A DNA stretch of 41,122 nucleotides, taken from NCBI GenBank assembly GCA_964471145.1, contig CAYYGK010000001.1, forward strand, positions 1 through 41,122, written 5' to 3'. Below are positions 32,927-41,122 of this stretch, piece by piece (the stretch's first letter is position 1; every line of letters starts with the position of its first letter). The notes under the pieces are model-generated. The model made no database searches and was not told where the DNA came from. It was given only the letters and a program-made list of their open reading frames with translations. The stretch is from an uncultured Eubacteriales bacterium (GTDB lineage: Bacteria > Bacillota > Clostridia > Acetivibrionales > STF1-152). The translations under genes were made by a program, and so were the position numbers.

Positions 32927-34186
32927 ATGAAGATACTTGTGGTTGGTAAAGGGGGAAGGGAGCATGCCATCCTATGGAAGCTGGCCCGTAGTCCCAGGGT
33001 GAAAAAGCTGTACTGCGCACCGGGAAACGGTGGCATATCAAGAGTAGCAGAATGTATTGACATAGACATCATGGACATGGAAGGAATGGTGGAATTTGCA
33101 GCTGCCAAAAAAATAGACATGGTGGTGGTTGCTCCTGATGACCCGCTGAGTGCGGGTATGATTGATGTGCTGCAATCCGCAGGGATACGTGCATTCGGCC
33201 CTGATAAAAGGGCTGCACTTATAGAGGGGAGCAAGTCGTATGCCAAGGAGCTTATGCAGGCAAACGACATTCCTACAGCCCGGTACAGGGTTTTTGACAG
33301 CAGCCAGGAGGCCTATAAATACCTTGAAGACAGCGAGTTCCCTGTTGTGGTAAAGGCTGACGGCCTGGCACTTGGCAAGGGAGTGATTATTGCAGAGGAC
33401 CTTGAACAGGGCAGGCAGGCGGTAAAAAAGATTATGGTCGACAAGGCATTCGGCCATGCCGGAGACAGGATTGTTATTGAGGAGTTTCTTGAAGGCCCGG
33501 AGGTTTCGGTTCTTGCATTTACAGATGGCAGCACGCTTGTGCCAATGGTTAGCTCACAGGATCACAAACGTGCCCTTGACGGGGACAGGGGCCTCAATAC
33601 AGGTGGAATGGGAGCGTTTTCCCCAAGCAGGATATATGATGACAAAATGGAAGAGTATTGTATGGAAAGGATATTTGTTCCTACAGTGAATGCAATGAGG
33701 GAGGCGGGAAGGAAATTTAAGGGCGTTTTGTATTTCGGACTAATAGTTACAGAAGATGGTCCCAGGGTGCTTGAGTACAATTCAAGATTCGGGGATCCCG
33801 AGGCTCAGGTGGTGCTTCCAAGGCTAAAGACCGACCTTGCTGAAATATTCGATGCGGTTATAGATGAAAGGCTGGATTCGGTGGACATAAAATGGAGTGA
33901 TGATGCGGCTGTGTGTGTTGTTATGGCATCCGGCGGCTATCCGGTAAGCTACAGGAAGGGGCATGAGATAACTGGCCTGGATGAAGCCGGGAAAGATTCA
34001 CAGACTGTTGTTTTCCACGCCGGAACAAAATCAGAAAACGGCAGATACTATACAAACGGCGGAAGGGTACTGGGTGTAACCTCAGTGGACAAAGACCTGG
34101 ACAGTGCAAGAAAGCGGGCTTACAAAGGGATTTCCCGTATAAAATTTACAAGAGCGCATTATCGTAAAGATATTGGAGTCAAGTAG
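32927..34186 (+). CDS. purD: Phosphoribosylamine-glycine ligase
   Basis: 419 aa with MKILVVGKGGREHA, an ATP-grasp domain and YNSRFGDPE. Confidence 0.95.
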   Translation: MKILVVGKGGREHAILWKLARSPRVKKLYCAPGNGGISRVAECIDIDIMDMEGMVEFAAAKKIDMVVVAPDDPLSAGMIDVLQSAGIRAFGPDKRAALIEGSKSYAKELMQANDIPTARYRVFDSSQEAYKYLEDSEFPVVVKADGLALGKGVIIAEDLEQGRQAVKKIMVDKAFGHAGDRIVIEEFLEGPEVSVLAFTDGSTLVPMVSSQDHKRALDGDRGLNTGGMGAFSPSRIYDDKMEEYCMERIFVPTVNAMREAGRKFKGVLYFGLIVTEDGPRVLEYNSRFGDPEAQVVLPRLKTDLAEIFDAVIDERLDSVDIKWSDDAAVCVVMASGGYPVSYRKGHEITGLDEAGKDSQTVVFHAGTKSENGRYYTNGGRVLGVTSVDKDLDSARKRAYKGISRIKFTRAHYRKDIGVK

Positions 34187-34215
34187 ATTAAAAGCCCGGA
34201 ACAGGAGTGGGGGAT

Positions 34216-35193
34216 ATGAAAGACGGAAAATTTATATGTCTTGACATAGGCGGCACTAAAATACTCGGTGCGGTGTTTGACAGGAAGGGGAAAATACTAT
34301 TCAGGGAAAAAAAGAAGACAAAGGCTGAAAATGGAAGAGACCAGATAGAAGAGAGAATAATCTATGTGATTGACAGACTTATTGAGGACTCAAAAACAGG
34401 AGGAAACGATATAGTAGCAATATCTGCAGGCGCCCCGGGGGTGATTGATTCACAAGAAGCCATTATAAAGTATGCACCCAATCTTCCATGGAAGGATTAT
34501 GATATAGGCGCCGTAATGAGGGAAAGGTTCGGGGTGCCCTTTTATATAGGCAATGATGTAAATACCGGGATGTATGGCGAGTTCAGATTTGGAGCGGCAA
34601 AGGGCGTAAAGAACGCTGTGGGGCTTTTCATAGGGACAGGGCTGGGGGGCGGCCTGGTAATAAACGGCAAAATTTATACCGGCTCCGGGTATGCAGGTGC
34701 CGAACTGGGGCACATGTGCTTGGATCCCGAAGGGCCTTACTGCAACTGCGGGCTTAGAGGATGCCTGGAGGCTTATGTGAGCAAGATAGCAATGATGAAG
34801 GAGATAAGAAGGCAACTGGAGGCAGGAAGGCAATCCGTACTTAGTGAACTGATTGACATGCACAGAGAGGTTTTTAAGAGCAAGTACTTGAGGCAGGCAC
34901 TGGACGAAGAAGACGGGCTTGCCCTGGAAATACTGGAAAGAACCGTATATTACCTTGCATGCGGTGCTGGATCGCTTGCAAGCATATTCAACCCGGATGT
35001 GCTGGTTCTTGGCGGAGGTGTGATGGAGGCAGCGGGGGATTACATACTGCCGCGGTTTGGAGAAAGCATAAAAAGGTTCTCATGGTCTGAGTGTACGGAA
35101 GGGATGAAAATTACACAGGCACAGCTTGGGGACGATTCCATCCTGTATGGCGCTTTGGCGGTTATTCTTGACAGGATGGAGGACGGTACATGA
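34216..35193 (+). CDS. glcK: ROK-family glucokinase
   Basis: LDIGGTK, GAELGH, and the ROK zinc motif CNCGLRGCLEAY. The ATG at 34216 is preferred over the GTG at 34207 on SD spacing. Confidence 0.8.
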   Translation: MKDGKFICLDIGGTKILGAVFDRKGKILFREKKKTKAENGRDQIEERIIYVIDRLIEDSKTGGNDIVAISAGAPGVIDSQEAIIKYAPNLPWKDYDIGAVMRERFGVPFYIGNDVNTGMYGEFRFGAAKGVKNAVGLFIGTGLGGGLVINGKIYTGSGYAGAELGHMCLDPEGPYCNCGLRGCLEAYVSKIAMMKEIRRQLEAGRQSVLSELIDMHREVFKSKYLRQALDEEDGLALEILERTVYYLACGAGSLASIFNPDVLVLGGGVMEAAGDYILPRFGESIKRFSWSECTEGMKITQAQLGDDSILYGALAVILDRMEDGT

Positions 35194-35831
35194 TGAAACG
35201 CTCTGTTAAAAGGCTTGGAATAATAGGAGGGACCTTTGACCCTGTACACACTGCGCATCTTGTAATTGCAGAGGCTGCAAGGGCAGAGCTGAACCTTGAC
35301 AGGGTGGTATTCATACCTGCAGGGACACCGCCCCACAAGGATGCCGGACACATAACGGATGAGAGTCACAGGCTTGAGATGACCAAAAGGGCAGTTAAGG
35401 ACAATCCCTCATTCTGTGTTTCGGATATGGAAATATGCAGGGAGGGAGAGTCATATACGGTGGATACCCTTGCTGAGCTTAAAGGTTTATACGGGCAGGA
35501 TTGCAGCATGTATTTTATTGTAGGTGCGGATACGGTGTGGGATCTGTTTAACTGGAAGGACTTTCAGGAAGTTTTTAATATGTGCGGCTTTGCGGCTGCT
35601 GCAAGACCCGGTTATGACCAAAAGCAGCTCAACGAGCGAATTGTAATTTTCAAAGACACGTATTGTGCCGATATCACACTTCTTGATGTACCCAATATGG
35701 ACATATCATCAACAAATATTAGGGAAAGGATATTCGCCGGCAAGCCTGTAAGGTATCTTATCCCTGAAAGAGCAAGGCAGTACATTATAGAAAACGGACT
35801 GTATGCAGATGAGAAAAAAGATGAAGCTTAA
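35190..35831 (+). CDS. nadD: Nicotinate-nucleotide adenylyltransferase
   Basis: GGTFDPVHTAH (the (T/H)xGH motif) and ISSTNIR. Confidence 0.9.
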   Translation: MMKRSVKRLGIIGGTFDPVHTAHLVIAEAARAELNLDRVVFIPAGTPPHKDAGHITDESHRLEMTKRAVKDNPSFCVSDMEICREGESYTVDTLAELKGLYGQDCSMYFIVGADTVWDLFNWKDFQEVFNMCGFAAAARPGYDQKQLNERIVIFKDTYCADITLLDVPNMDISSTNIRERIFAGKPVRYLIPERARQYIIENGLYADEKKDEA

Positions 35832-36384
35832 GGATATGACCAGGGAACTGCAAAAAAACCTTTCATCAGAAAGATTCATCCACTCTGTGAATGTTATGGA
35901 AACAGCACAGAAGCTTGCTGCTCATTACAGGGAGGATGCCGACGGGGCTTCCGTTGCCGGACTGCTTCATGACTGCGGCAAGATTGCTTCAGGTGAAGAG
36001 ATGCTCATGCTGTGTGATAAATACGGTGTATATATTGATGATGTATGCGTGCATGAACCGGGGCTTCTGCATGCACCGCTTGGTGCCGTGCTTGCCAAAA
36101 AAACTTACGGAGTAAGTGACCAGGGTATCCTTGATTCAATACGAACACACACAACAGGTGCAGTGGACATGTCCCTGCTTCAAAAAATAGTGTTCATTGC
36201 CGATTTTATAGAACCCGGAAGGGTTTACAAAAAGGCAGGTGTTATGAGGGAGCAGGTATTCAATGATCTTAACAAGGCACTGCTTACTGCCCTCGACAGC
36301 ACTATACAGCGTGTGATTGAAAAGAAGCGCCTGCTGCATAAAGACACGGTTGATGCAAGAAACTTCATTCTGGCAGGGAAATAA
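35803..36384 (+). CDS. yqeK: HD-domain bis(5'-nucleosyl)-tetraphosphatase YqeK
   Basis: H...HD (LLHDCGK) motifs, the conserved nadD-yqeK order, and about 190 aa. The exact start among several ATGs in 35803-35836 is uncertain. Confidence 0.8.
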   Translation: MQMRKKMKLKDMTRELQKNLSSERFIHSVNVMETAQKLAAHYREDADGASVAGLLHDCGKIASGEEMLMLCDKYGVYIDDVCVHEPGLLHAPLGAVLAKKTYGVSDQGILDSIRTHTTGAVDMSLLQKIVFIADFIEPGRVYKKAGVMREQVFNDLNKALLTALDSTIQRVIEKKRLLHKDTVDARNFILAGK

Positions 36385-36397
36385 TATGTGATTAATA

Positions 36398-37798
36398 TTA
36401 TAAGTTAAACAGCATATCCAAATCCACCAATTCAATATTCTGTGTTTTTGTCAGTTTGATCAGTGTTTCACTGAATCCCGATTTTGAGAACAGGAAAAAA
36501 TACTTTTCATCGTAACCCTTTATCAGTTCTGAATTGAGCTGTAATTTCTCCAATGTTTCTATATCTGTTTTCTCATTTTTAAATTTGCATTCTGCAAAAA
36601 GGGCTTTTTTATCAAAGTCTGATATCGCAACAATATCTATTTCCGCCTGACATTTCTTCCGGGGATTATTACCCCACCAACTTCCAATTTTCAAAAAATT
36701 AAAGGGCAGTTTTCCTGCTTTGTTTCGCCTTAACAGGTGTTGAATACACATCTGTTCAAACACTTTTCCCATATAATCATTTAACCGGGGTCCTACAATT
36801 TCATCATATATAGTTTCCTTATTACCTGCAATAATGCCTGATATATTGGAGAGGACAAATCTGTACCAGAAGCAAAACATATTGTCCTCCAGCAGATATA
36901 TGCTTTTTCTGGTTTTGCTTTCAGTTACAGGTTTTTCTTTTTTAACCAATCCCAAATTCATAAGAGACTTAAGGTATACCGAGCATACACTTGTTTCCAA
37001 TCCGCTGCTTGTTGATATTTCATTAAGTCTTGATGCTCCCATGGCAATGGATGTTATTATGGCGTTATAAGTTTGTGGCTCCCTTAACTCCTGCTTAATA
37101 AGATTACCTGGTTCTTCAAACATATACCCCGTATCATCAAAAAAATTATCAATAATATTTTGTCTGATACTCTTCTTTGGATCTATGAATTCTAAATATT
37201 GCGGGATTCCTCCTGTTATGCCGTAAATAATAGATTTTTCATAGCTGTTAAAATTATCATGAAATCCTGATGTATCAAAATAGTCAAAGGGTCTTATCTT
37301 AAACTGTGCAGTTCTCCTGCCGTATAGAGGGCTTTTATAGCCAAGAACCTGGTTTTCCATGAAACTCATTGATGAACCACATAGAATGAGAAAAAGCCTG
37401 GAGCTTTTGAACTTGTGATCAATATATGCCTGCAAAATAGAGGAAACGGACTTGTCAGCTCTAGCCAAATAGGGATATTCGTCTATTACAAGAATTACAC
37501 GCTGGTTCTTGATGAATTCATACAAGTAATCAAGTGCTTTTTCAAATGAGCTAAAACCTGGTGCTGATTTCAAACCTGGCATTGTAAGGGTAAAAATGCT
37601 TTTACTTAAATTATTCAGATTGTTTTGAATTGTTGACTCTATACTTACAAAATAGATAGCCTTCTTTTGTTTGCAAAACTCATTTATTAGCGTTGTTTTA
37701 CCTACGCGCCTGCGGCCATAAACAATAACAAATTCAAATTTGCTGCTTTTGTAAAGCTTCTCCAGTTTTGAAAGCTCATTTTCCCTGCCAATAAACAA
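36398..37798 (-). CDS. AAA+ (archaeal-ATPase type) NTPase, wHTH and DUF234 (PD-(D/E)xK-like) protein
   Basis: Walker A YGRRRVGKTT, Walker B VILVIDEYPY, and the C-terminal EIDIVA...FAECKFKNEK motif. The start is reassigned to TTG 37798 (MFIGRENEL), 6 nt after AGAGGTG, matching the paralog N-terminus at 1..47. Confidence 0.8.
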   Translation of the reverse strand: MFIGRENELSKLEKLYKSSKFEFVIVYGRRRVGKTTLINEFCKQKKAIYFVSIESTIQNNLNNLSKSIFTLTMPGLKSAPGFSSFEKALDYLYEFIKNQRVILVIDEYPYLARADKSVSSILQAYIDHKFKSSRLFLILCGSSMSFMENQVLGYKSPLYGRRTAQFKIRPFDYFDTSGFHDNFNSYEKSIIYGITGGIPQYLEFIDPKKSIRQNIIDNFFDDTGYMFEEPGNLIKQELREPQTYNAIITSIAMGASRLNEISTSSGLETSVCSVYLKSLMNLGLVKKEKPVTESKTRKSIYLLEDNMFCFWYRFVLSNISGIIAGNKETIYDEIVGPRLNDYMGKVFEQMCIQHLLRRNKAGKLPFNFLKIGSWWGNNPRKKCQAEIDIVAISDFDKKALFAECKFKNEKTDIETLEKLQLNSELIKGYDEKYFFLFSKSGFSETLIKLTKTQNIELVDLDMLFNL

Positions 37799-37854
37799 TA
37801 TATTCACCTCTCACGACATACATAGTAAATCGTATTTTAGTAAATCATAATTAT

Positions 37855-37883
37855 ATTATACGGCCGTGTATGTTTGCTGTCAA
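37855..37883 (-). promoter_or_regulatory. Perfect consensus promoter TTGACA-17-TATAAT for the AAA+/DUF234 gene
   Basis: The reverse complement is TTGACA gcaaacatacacggccg TATAAT. The 5' UTR carries two GATTTACTA direct repeats (37823-37831 and 37838-37846). Confidence 0.55.
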
Positions 37884-38006
37884 ATAATTTCCTGAGAAAA
37901 CGCGTCCAAATAATTTGAAAATTATTATTGACTTATCCGGTCAACTGGTATAATATATTATTGCATTGACCAGATTGGTCTATGAATACAAAAAGAGGTA
38001 TGGAAT

Positions 38007-38651
38007 ATGGATGATTTTTTAAATAACATTGATGAGAAGAAACTGGACAGGATAATAAACAGTGCAATGGGAGAGTTTACACGGTTTCCGTATGAAAAAG
38101 CATCGACAAATAGTATAGTGAAGAATGCAGGCATTTCAAAAGGACTGCTTTTTCACTATTTCGGCAGCAAACAGAAGCTGTACGATTATACGATATCATT
38201 TGCAGTAAACAAACTGTACAGGGAGATTACAGGCAAGATAGATTATGAAGAAAATGACCTGTTTGAAAGGATTAAGCATATTGTAATTTTAAAATTCAAG
38301 CTTGCAGGGGAATACCCACAGCTGTTTGACTTTCTCATAAGCGTCCTTAACAACCAAAAGGCCGGAGGGAGTCTTAAAAGCAGTGTTGAGTTCTTTAAGA
38401 ATCTCGGCCTTAATGTTGAAGATGCGTTCGTCAAAATTTATTACCACAACATCGACTTCGGGAAATTCAAAGATGTGCAGCACAAAGATGAGGTCATAAA
38501 CATCATCCGCTGGACCCTGGAGAAGTTTTCCGACCAGGTTCTGCAAAACCTTGGTGACAGCATGAATTCATCACAGATGAATAACTTCAGGGAACAGATT
38601 GATGTATACATCAGCGTGTTAAGAAAGGCATTCTATAAAACGGGGAGGTAG
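38007..38651 (+). CDS. TetR/AcrR-family transcriptional regulator
   Basis: 214 aa with the N-terminal HTH YEKASTNSIVKNAGISKGLLFHYFGSKQKLY. Confidence 0.9.
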   Translation: MDDFLNNIDEKKLDRIINSAMGEFTRFPYEKASTNSIVKNAGISKGLLFHYFGSKQKLYDYTISFAVNKLYREITGKIDYEENDLFERIKHIVILKFKLAGEYPQLFDFLISVLNNQKAGGSLKSSVEFFKNLGLNVEDAFVKIYYHNIDFGKFKDVQHKDEVINIIRWTLEKFSDQVLQNLGDSMNSSQMNNFREQIDVYISVLRKAFYKTGR

Positions 38652-38658
38652 TGTACAA

Positions 38659-39513
38659 ATGATTTCGGTAAAGAATCTGTCACATTCATACAGCAACAAT
38701 GATAAGCTTGCCCTGAACAACATAAGCTTTGAGGTTGCCAATGGTGAAACTTTTGGTTTTCTGGGGCCGTCCGGGGCAGGTAAATCAACAACACAGGGCA
38801 TACTGACAGGGCTGCTTAAGCAGCAGAGCGGCGAGGTGATGGTAGCTGGATATAATACGATGAAGATACAGAACGAACGCTTTAATAAAATCGGCGTTTC
38901 ATTTGAACAGTCAAACGTCTACAGCAAACTCACTGCGCTTGAGAATCTGCAGTTTTATGCCAGGTTGTTTGATGTGCCTACACGCGACCCGCTGGAGCTT
39001 TTAAGGATTGTTGGTCTTGAAGGAAAGGAAAATGAACGTGCAGGCAGTTTTTCCAAAGGCATGAAGCACAGACTTACGTTTGCAAGGTCTATGCTGAACA
39101 ACCCTGAGCTTTGGTTCCTGGATGAACCCACCACAGGGCTTGACCCTACTATTGCCGCAACCATAAAGGAAGTTATAAGGGAACAGGCAGCGAAGGGGAC
39201 AACCTGCTTTCTGACTACACACAACATGTACATTGCGGATGAGCTGTGCGACAGGGTTGCATTCATAATAGACGGTGAGATAAAACTTATTGACAGCCCG
39301 AAGAACCTGAAACTTCAATATGGAAAGAAGCTTGTTGAGATAGAGTATATTGACAATGGAGAAGTTGCATGTGAAACCCTGAAGACTGTTGACGAAAAGG
39401 ACAGGAATCGTATAGCCGAAATAGTTAAAAACCATGACATCAGGACAATGCATACCAAGGAAGCAACCCTGGAAGAGATATTCATACAGGTAACCGGAAG
39501 GGGGCTCGTATAG
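38659..39513 (+). CDS. ABC transporter ATP-binding protein (ABC-2 exporter type)
   Basis: Walker A GPSGAGKST, signature FSKGMKHRL, Walker B LWFLDEPTTGLD. Confidence 0.9.
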   Translation: MISVKNLSHSYSNNDKLALNNISFEVANGETFGFLGPSGAGKSTTQGILTGLLKQQSGEVMVAGYNTMKIQNERFNKIGVSFEQSNVYSKLTALENLQFYARLFDVPTRDPLELLRIVGLEGKENERAGSFSKGMKHRLTFARSMLNNPELWFLDEPTTGLDPTIAATIKEVIREQAAKGTTCFLTTHNMYIADELCDRVAFIIDGEIKLIDSPKNLKLQYGKKLVEIEYIDNGEVACETLKTVDEKDRNRIAEIVKNHDIRTMHTKEATLEEIFIQVTGRGLV

Positions 39514-39514
39514 C

Positions 39515-40702
39515 ATGAAACTGCTAAGCAGTTATTTAAAGGAGATGAAAATCGCTGCAAGGGGTTTTTACTTCTATGTGGAGATATTCATGGCCGTAAT
39601 CATACTTGTTATTCTTCTTTTTGCAGTCAATGAAGAACCTGTAAGCAGGGCAAAGGAATTCCTGTATTATGACATGCCGGGAGAAGCTGTTAACAGCATA
39701 TATGAAGATTATATCTCCGGGGGCAGTGTCAAGGCTGTAGGGAAGACCGGTTTCGACATGAAAGCATCCTCTTTTGAGGTTGCCAACAAAGAGACAGGCA
39801 ATACCAGAACCTATGAATTTGAGAAGGAAACTTTAACGGCTGACACTTATAAGCAGTATGACAGCAAAACCGGCAGACTGGCAAAAACTATTTATATCAC
39901 CAAAAATGAGGAGGATATGATAAGGCTGGCCCGCAGTGAAAAGGTAATCGGTGCGAAAATTTCGATGAACGACGCGGGTGGTCTGACATATACATACTAT
40001 AACCAGGGATATGAAACAGACAGATACATCAATCTGCTGTATGTCATCCACAACAAATCCGAAGATGAAATGACTGAGGCCTTTAATAGTCAAAAAGTCA
40101 GAAGACTGGGCGAGTTTGACATGCTTAACAACAGGGAGAACCTGATACCCATGTTTATTGTATTTATGGGTGCGTTAATGGGTTTTTTCATAGTGGTGGC
40201 TTATATATTCAATGACAAGGCGGAAGGCGTGATACGTGCATTTGCGGTGACACCATCACCGGTTTGGGAGTATCTTTTAAGCAAGGTCATGGTTATTGTC
40301 ACAACTGTAATTTTCTCTTCATCAATAATTGTTATCCCCATAATGGGAGGAAAACCTGGCTACCTGCTGATGTACCTGCTGCTTATCATATCAAGCTTTG
40401 CCTTTGCCTCGCTTGGACTGCTGGCAGCCAGTTTCTTTGAAACCATGACCAAATCATTCGGCATACTGTTTGCGCTGATGCTTGCAATGCTGGTTCCTGC
40501 ATTATCATATACCATACCCGGGTTTGATCCTGTCTGGCTGCGGTTTTTCCCCACATATCCGCTGCTTCAGGGGTTCAAGGAAATAATTATGGCAGATGGA
40601 GATGCGGGGTATGTACTGACCCTCTGTGGAGTATTTCTGGCAGGAGGTATACTGCTGTTCCTGCTGGCAAACCAAAAATTTAGAAGAACACTTACTGTGT
40701 GA
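39515..40702 (+). CDS. ABC-2 family permease
   Basis: 395 aa with an N-terminal TM helix, a large extracytoplasmic loop and a C-terminal multi-TM bundle. It starts 2 nt after the ATPase stop. Confidence 0.75.
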   Translation: MKLLSSYLKEMKIAARGFYFYVEIFMAVIILVILLFAVNEEPVSRAKEFLYYDMPGEAVNSIYEDYISGGSVKAVGKTGFDMKASSFEVANKETGNTRTYEFEKETLTADTYKQYDSKTGRLAKTIYITKNEEDMIRLARSEKVIGAKISMNDAGGLTYTYYNQGYETDRYINLLYVIHNKSEDEMTEAFNSQKVRRLGEFDMLNNRENLIPMFIVFMGALMGFFIVVAYIFNDKAEGVIRAFAVTPSPVWEYLLSKVMVIVTTVIFSSSIIVIPIMGGKPGYLLMYLLLIISSFAFASLGLLAASFFETMTKSFGILFALMLAMLVPALSYTIPGFDPVWLRFFPTYPLLQGFKEIIMADGDAGYVLTLCGVFLAGGILLFLLANQKFRRTLTV

Positions 40703-40714
40703 GGAGGCATTATT

Positions 40715-41122
40715 ATGTTTAAAAAGATACTTACCATACTTCACAGGGATATGAAATCATCAACCAGGGATTTAATGGTTACGTATATAATGGCAGCACC
40801 TGTACTGCTGGCGATTGTCATAACACTGTTTGCTCCCGGGCTTAATGAGTCAACTATCAGCCTGGCGATGATGAAGGAGGATGATGCAGGGCACATAGAA
40901 TACATAGAACAGTTTGCCAGGGTAGAGTTGTTTGACAGTGTTGAACAGATGGAACAACGTGTAGCCGGGCGTGATGATATTGCCGCACTGATACCAACAG
41001 AGAACGGAGAGTATGAAATACTGCTTCAGGGAAATGAATCAGAGCTGGTTGAAAACTATACCAGAATGCTTAGTTCATTGTACAGTATCAATGCAACCAA
41101 AGAGGATACAAAGGCGCAGATG
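40715..41122 (+). CDS. Second ABC-2 family permease (partial; runs off the window end)
   Basis: The ATG at 40715 follows GAGGAGG. MFKKILTILHRDMKSSTRDLMVTYIMAAPVLLAIVITLFAP shows the same architecture as the preceding permease. Confidence 0.65.
   Translation, partial: MFKKILTILHRDMKSSTRDLMVTYIMAAPVLLAIVITLFAPGLNESTISLAMMKEDDAGHIEYIEQFARVELFDSVEQMEQRVAGRDDIAALIPTENGEYEILLQGNESELVENYTRMLSSLYSINATKEDTKAQM

Overview
The window is a chromosomal segment from a Firmicute. The gene content looks Clostridia-like (inference): LarB/C/E, YqeK, SatD/DUF3307, DUF1540 and copper-amine-oxidase stalk domains. Most of it is housekeeping sequence on the + strand:
- trxA and a DivIVA-like gene.
- An overlapping Lrp-regulator, aminotransferase and ANTAR-regulator unit.
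- prfB with its classical +1 frameshift, followed by larE.
- A cobalamin riboswitch controlling a BtuFCD-like importer.
- larB, larC, a TIGR01212 radical-SAM gene and guaA.
- A purine permease followed by purE-F-M-N-H-D.
- glcK, nadD and yqeK.
- A TetR-controlled ABC-2 exporter.

Small accessory or decaying islets sit between these blocks:
- (a) 16.85-17.95 kb holds a perfect consensus promoter wrapped by three TTAGCTAA palindromes. It drives an ORF in which a Phd/YefM-like antitoxin module is fused in frame to a Uma2 (DUF820) PD-(D/E)xK nuclease. This ORF has no canonical start codon and lies beside an IS91-family transposase relic. I consider it the best candidate for an undescribed system.
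- (b) There are three paralogs of an AAA+ / wHTH / DUF234 nuclease-like protein. One is intact (36.4-37.8 kb), one is 5'-truncated (22.5-23.2 kb) and one runs off the left edge. The intact and edge copies have perfect TTGACA-17-TATAAT promoters.
- (c) A SatD/DUF3307 pair lies next to a perfect 20-bp inverted repeat.
- (d) A GH172/DUF2961 gene is badly decayed.

I saw no rRNA, tRNA or CRISPR array. Every call comes from reading the translations and sequence by eye. No database search was run, so family names are recognitions from motifs, not hits.
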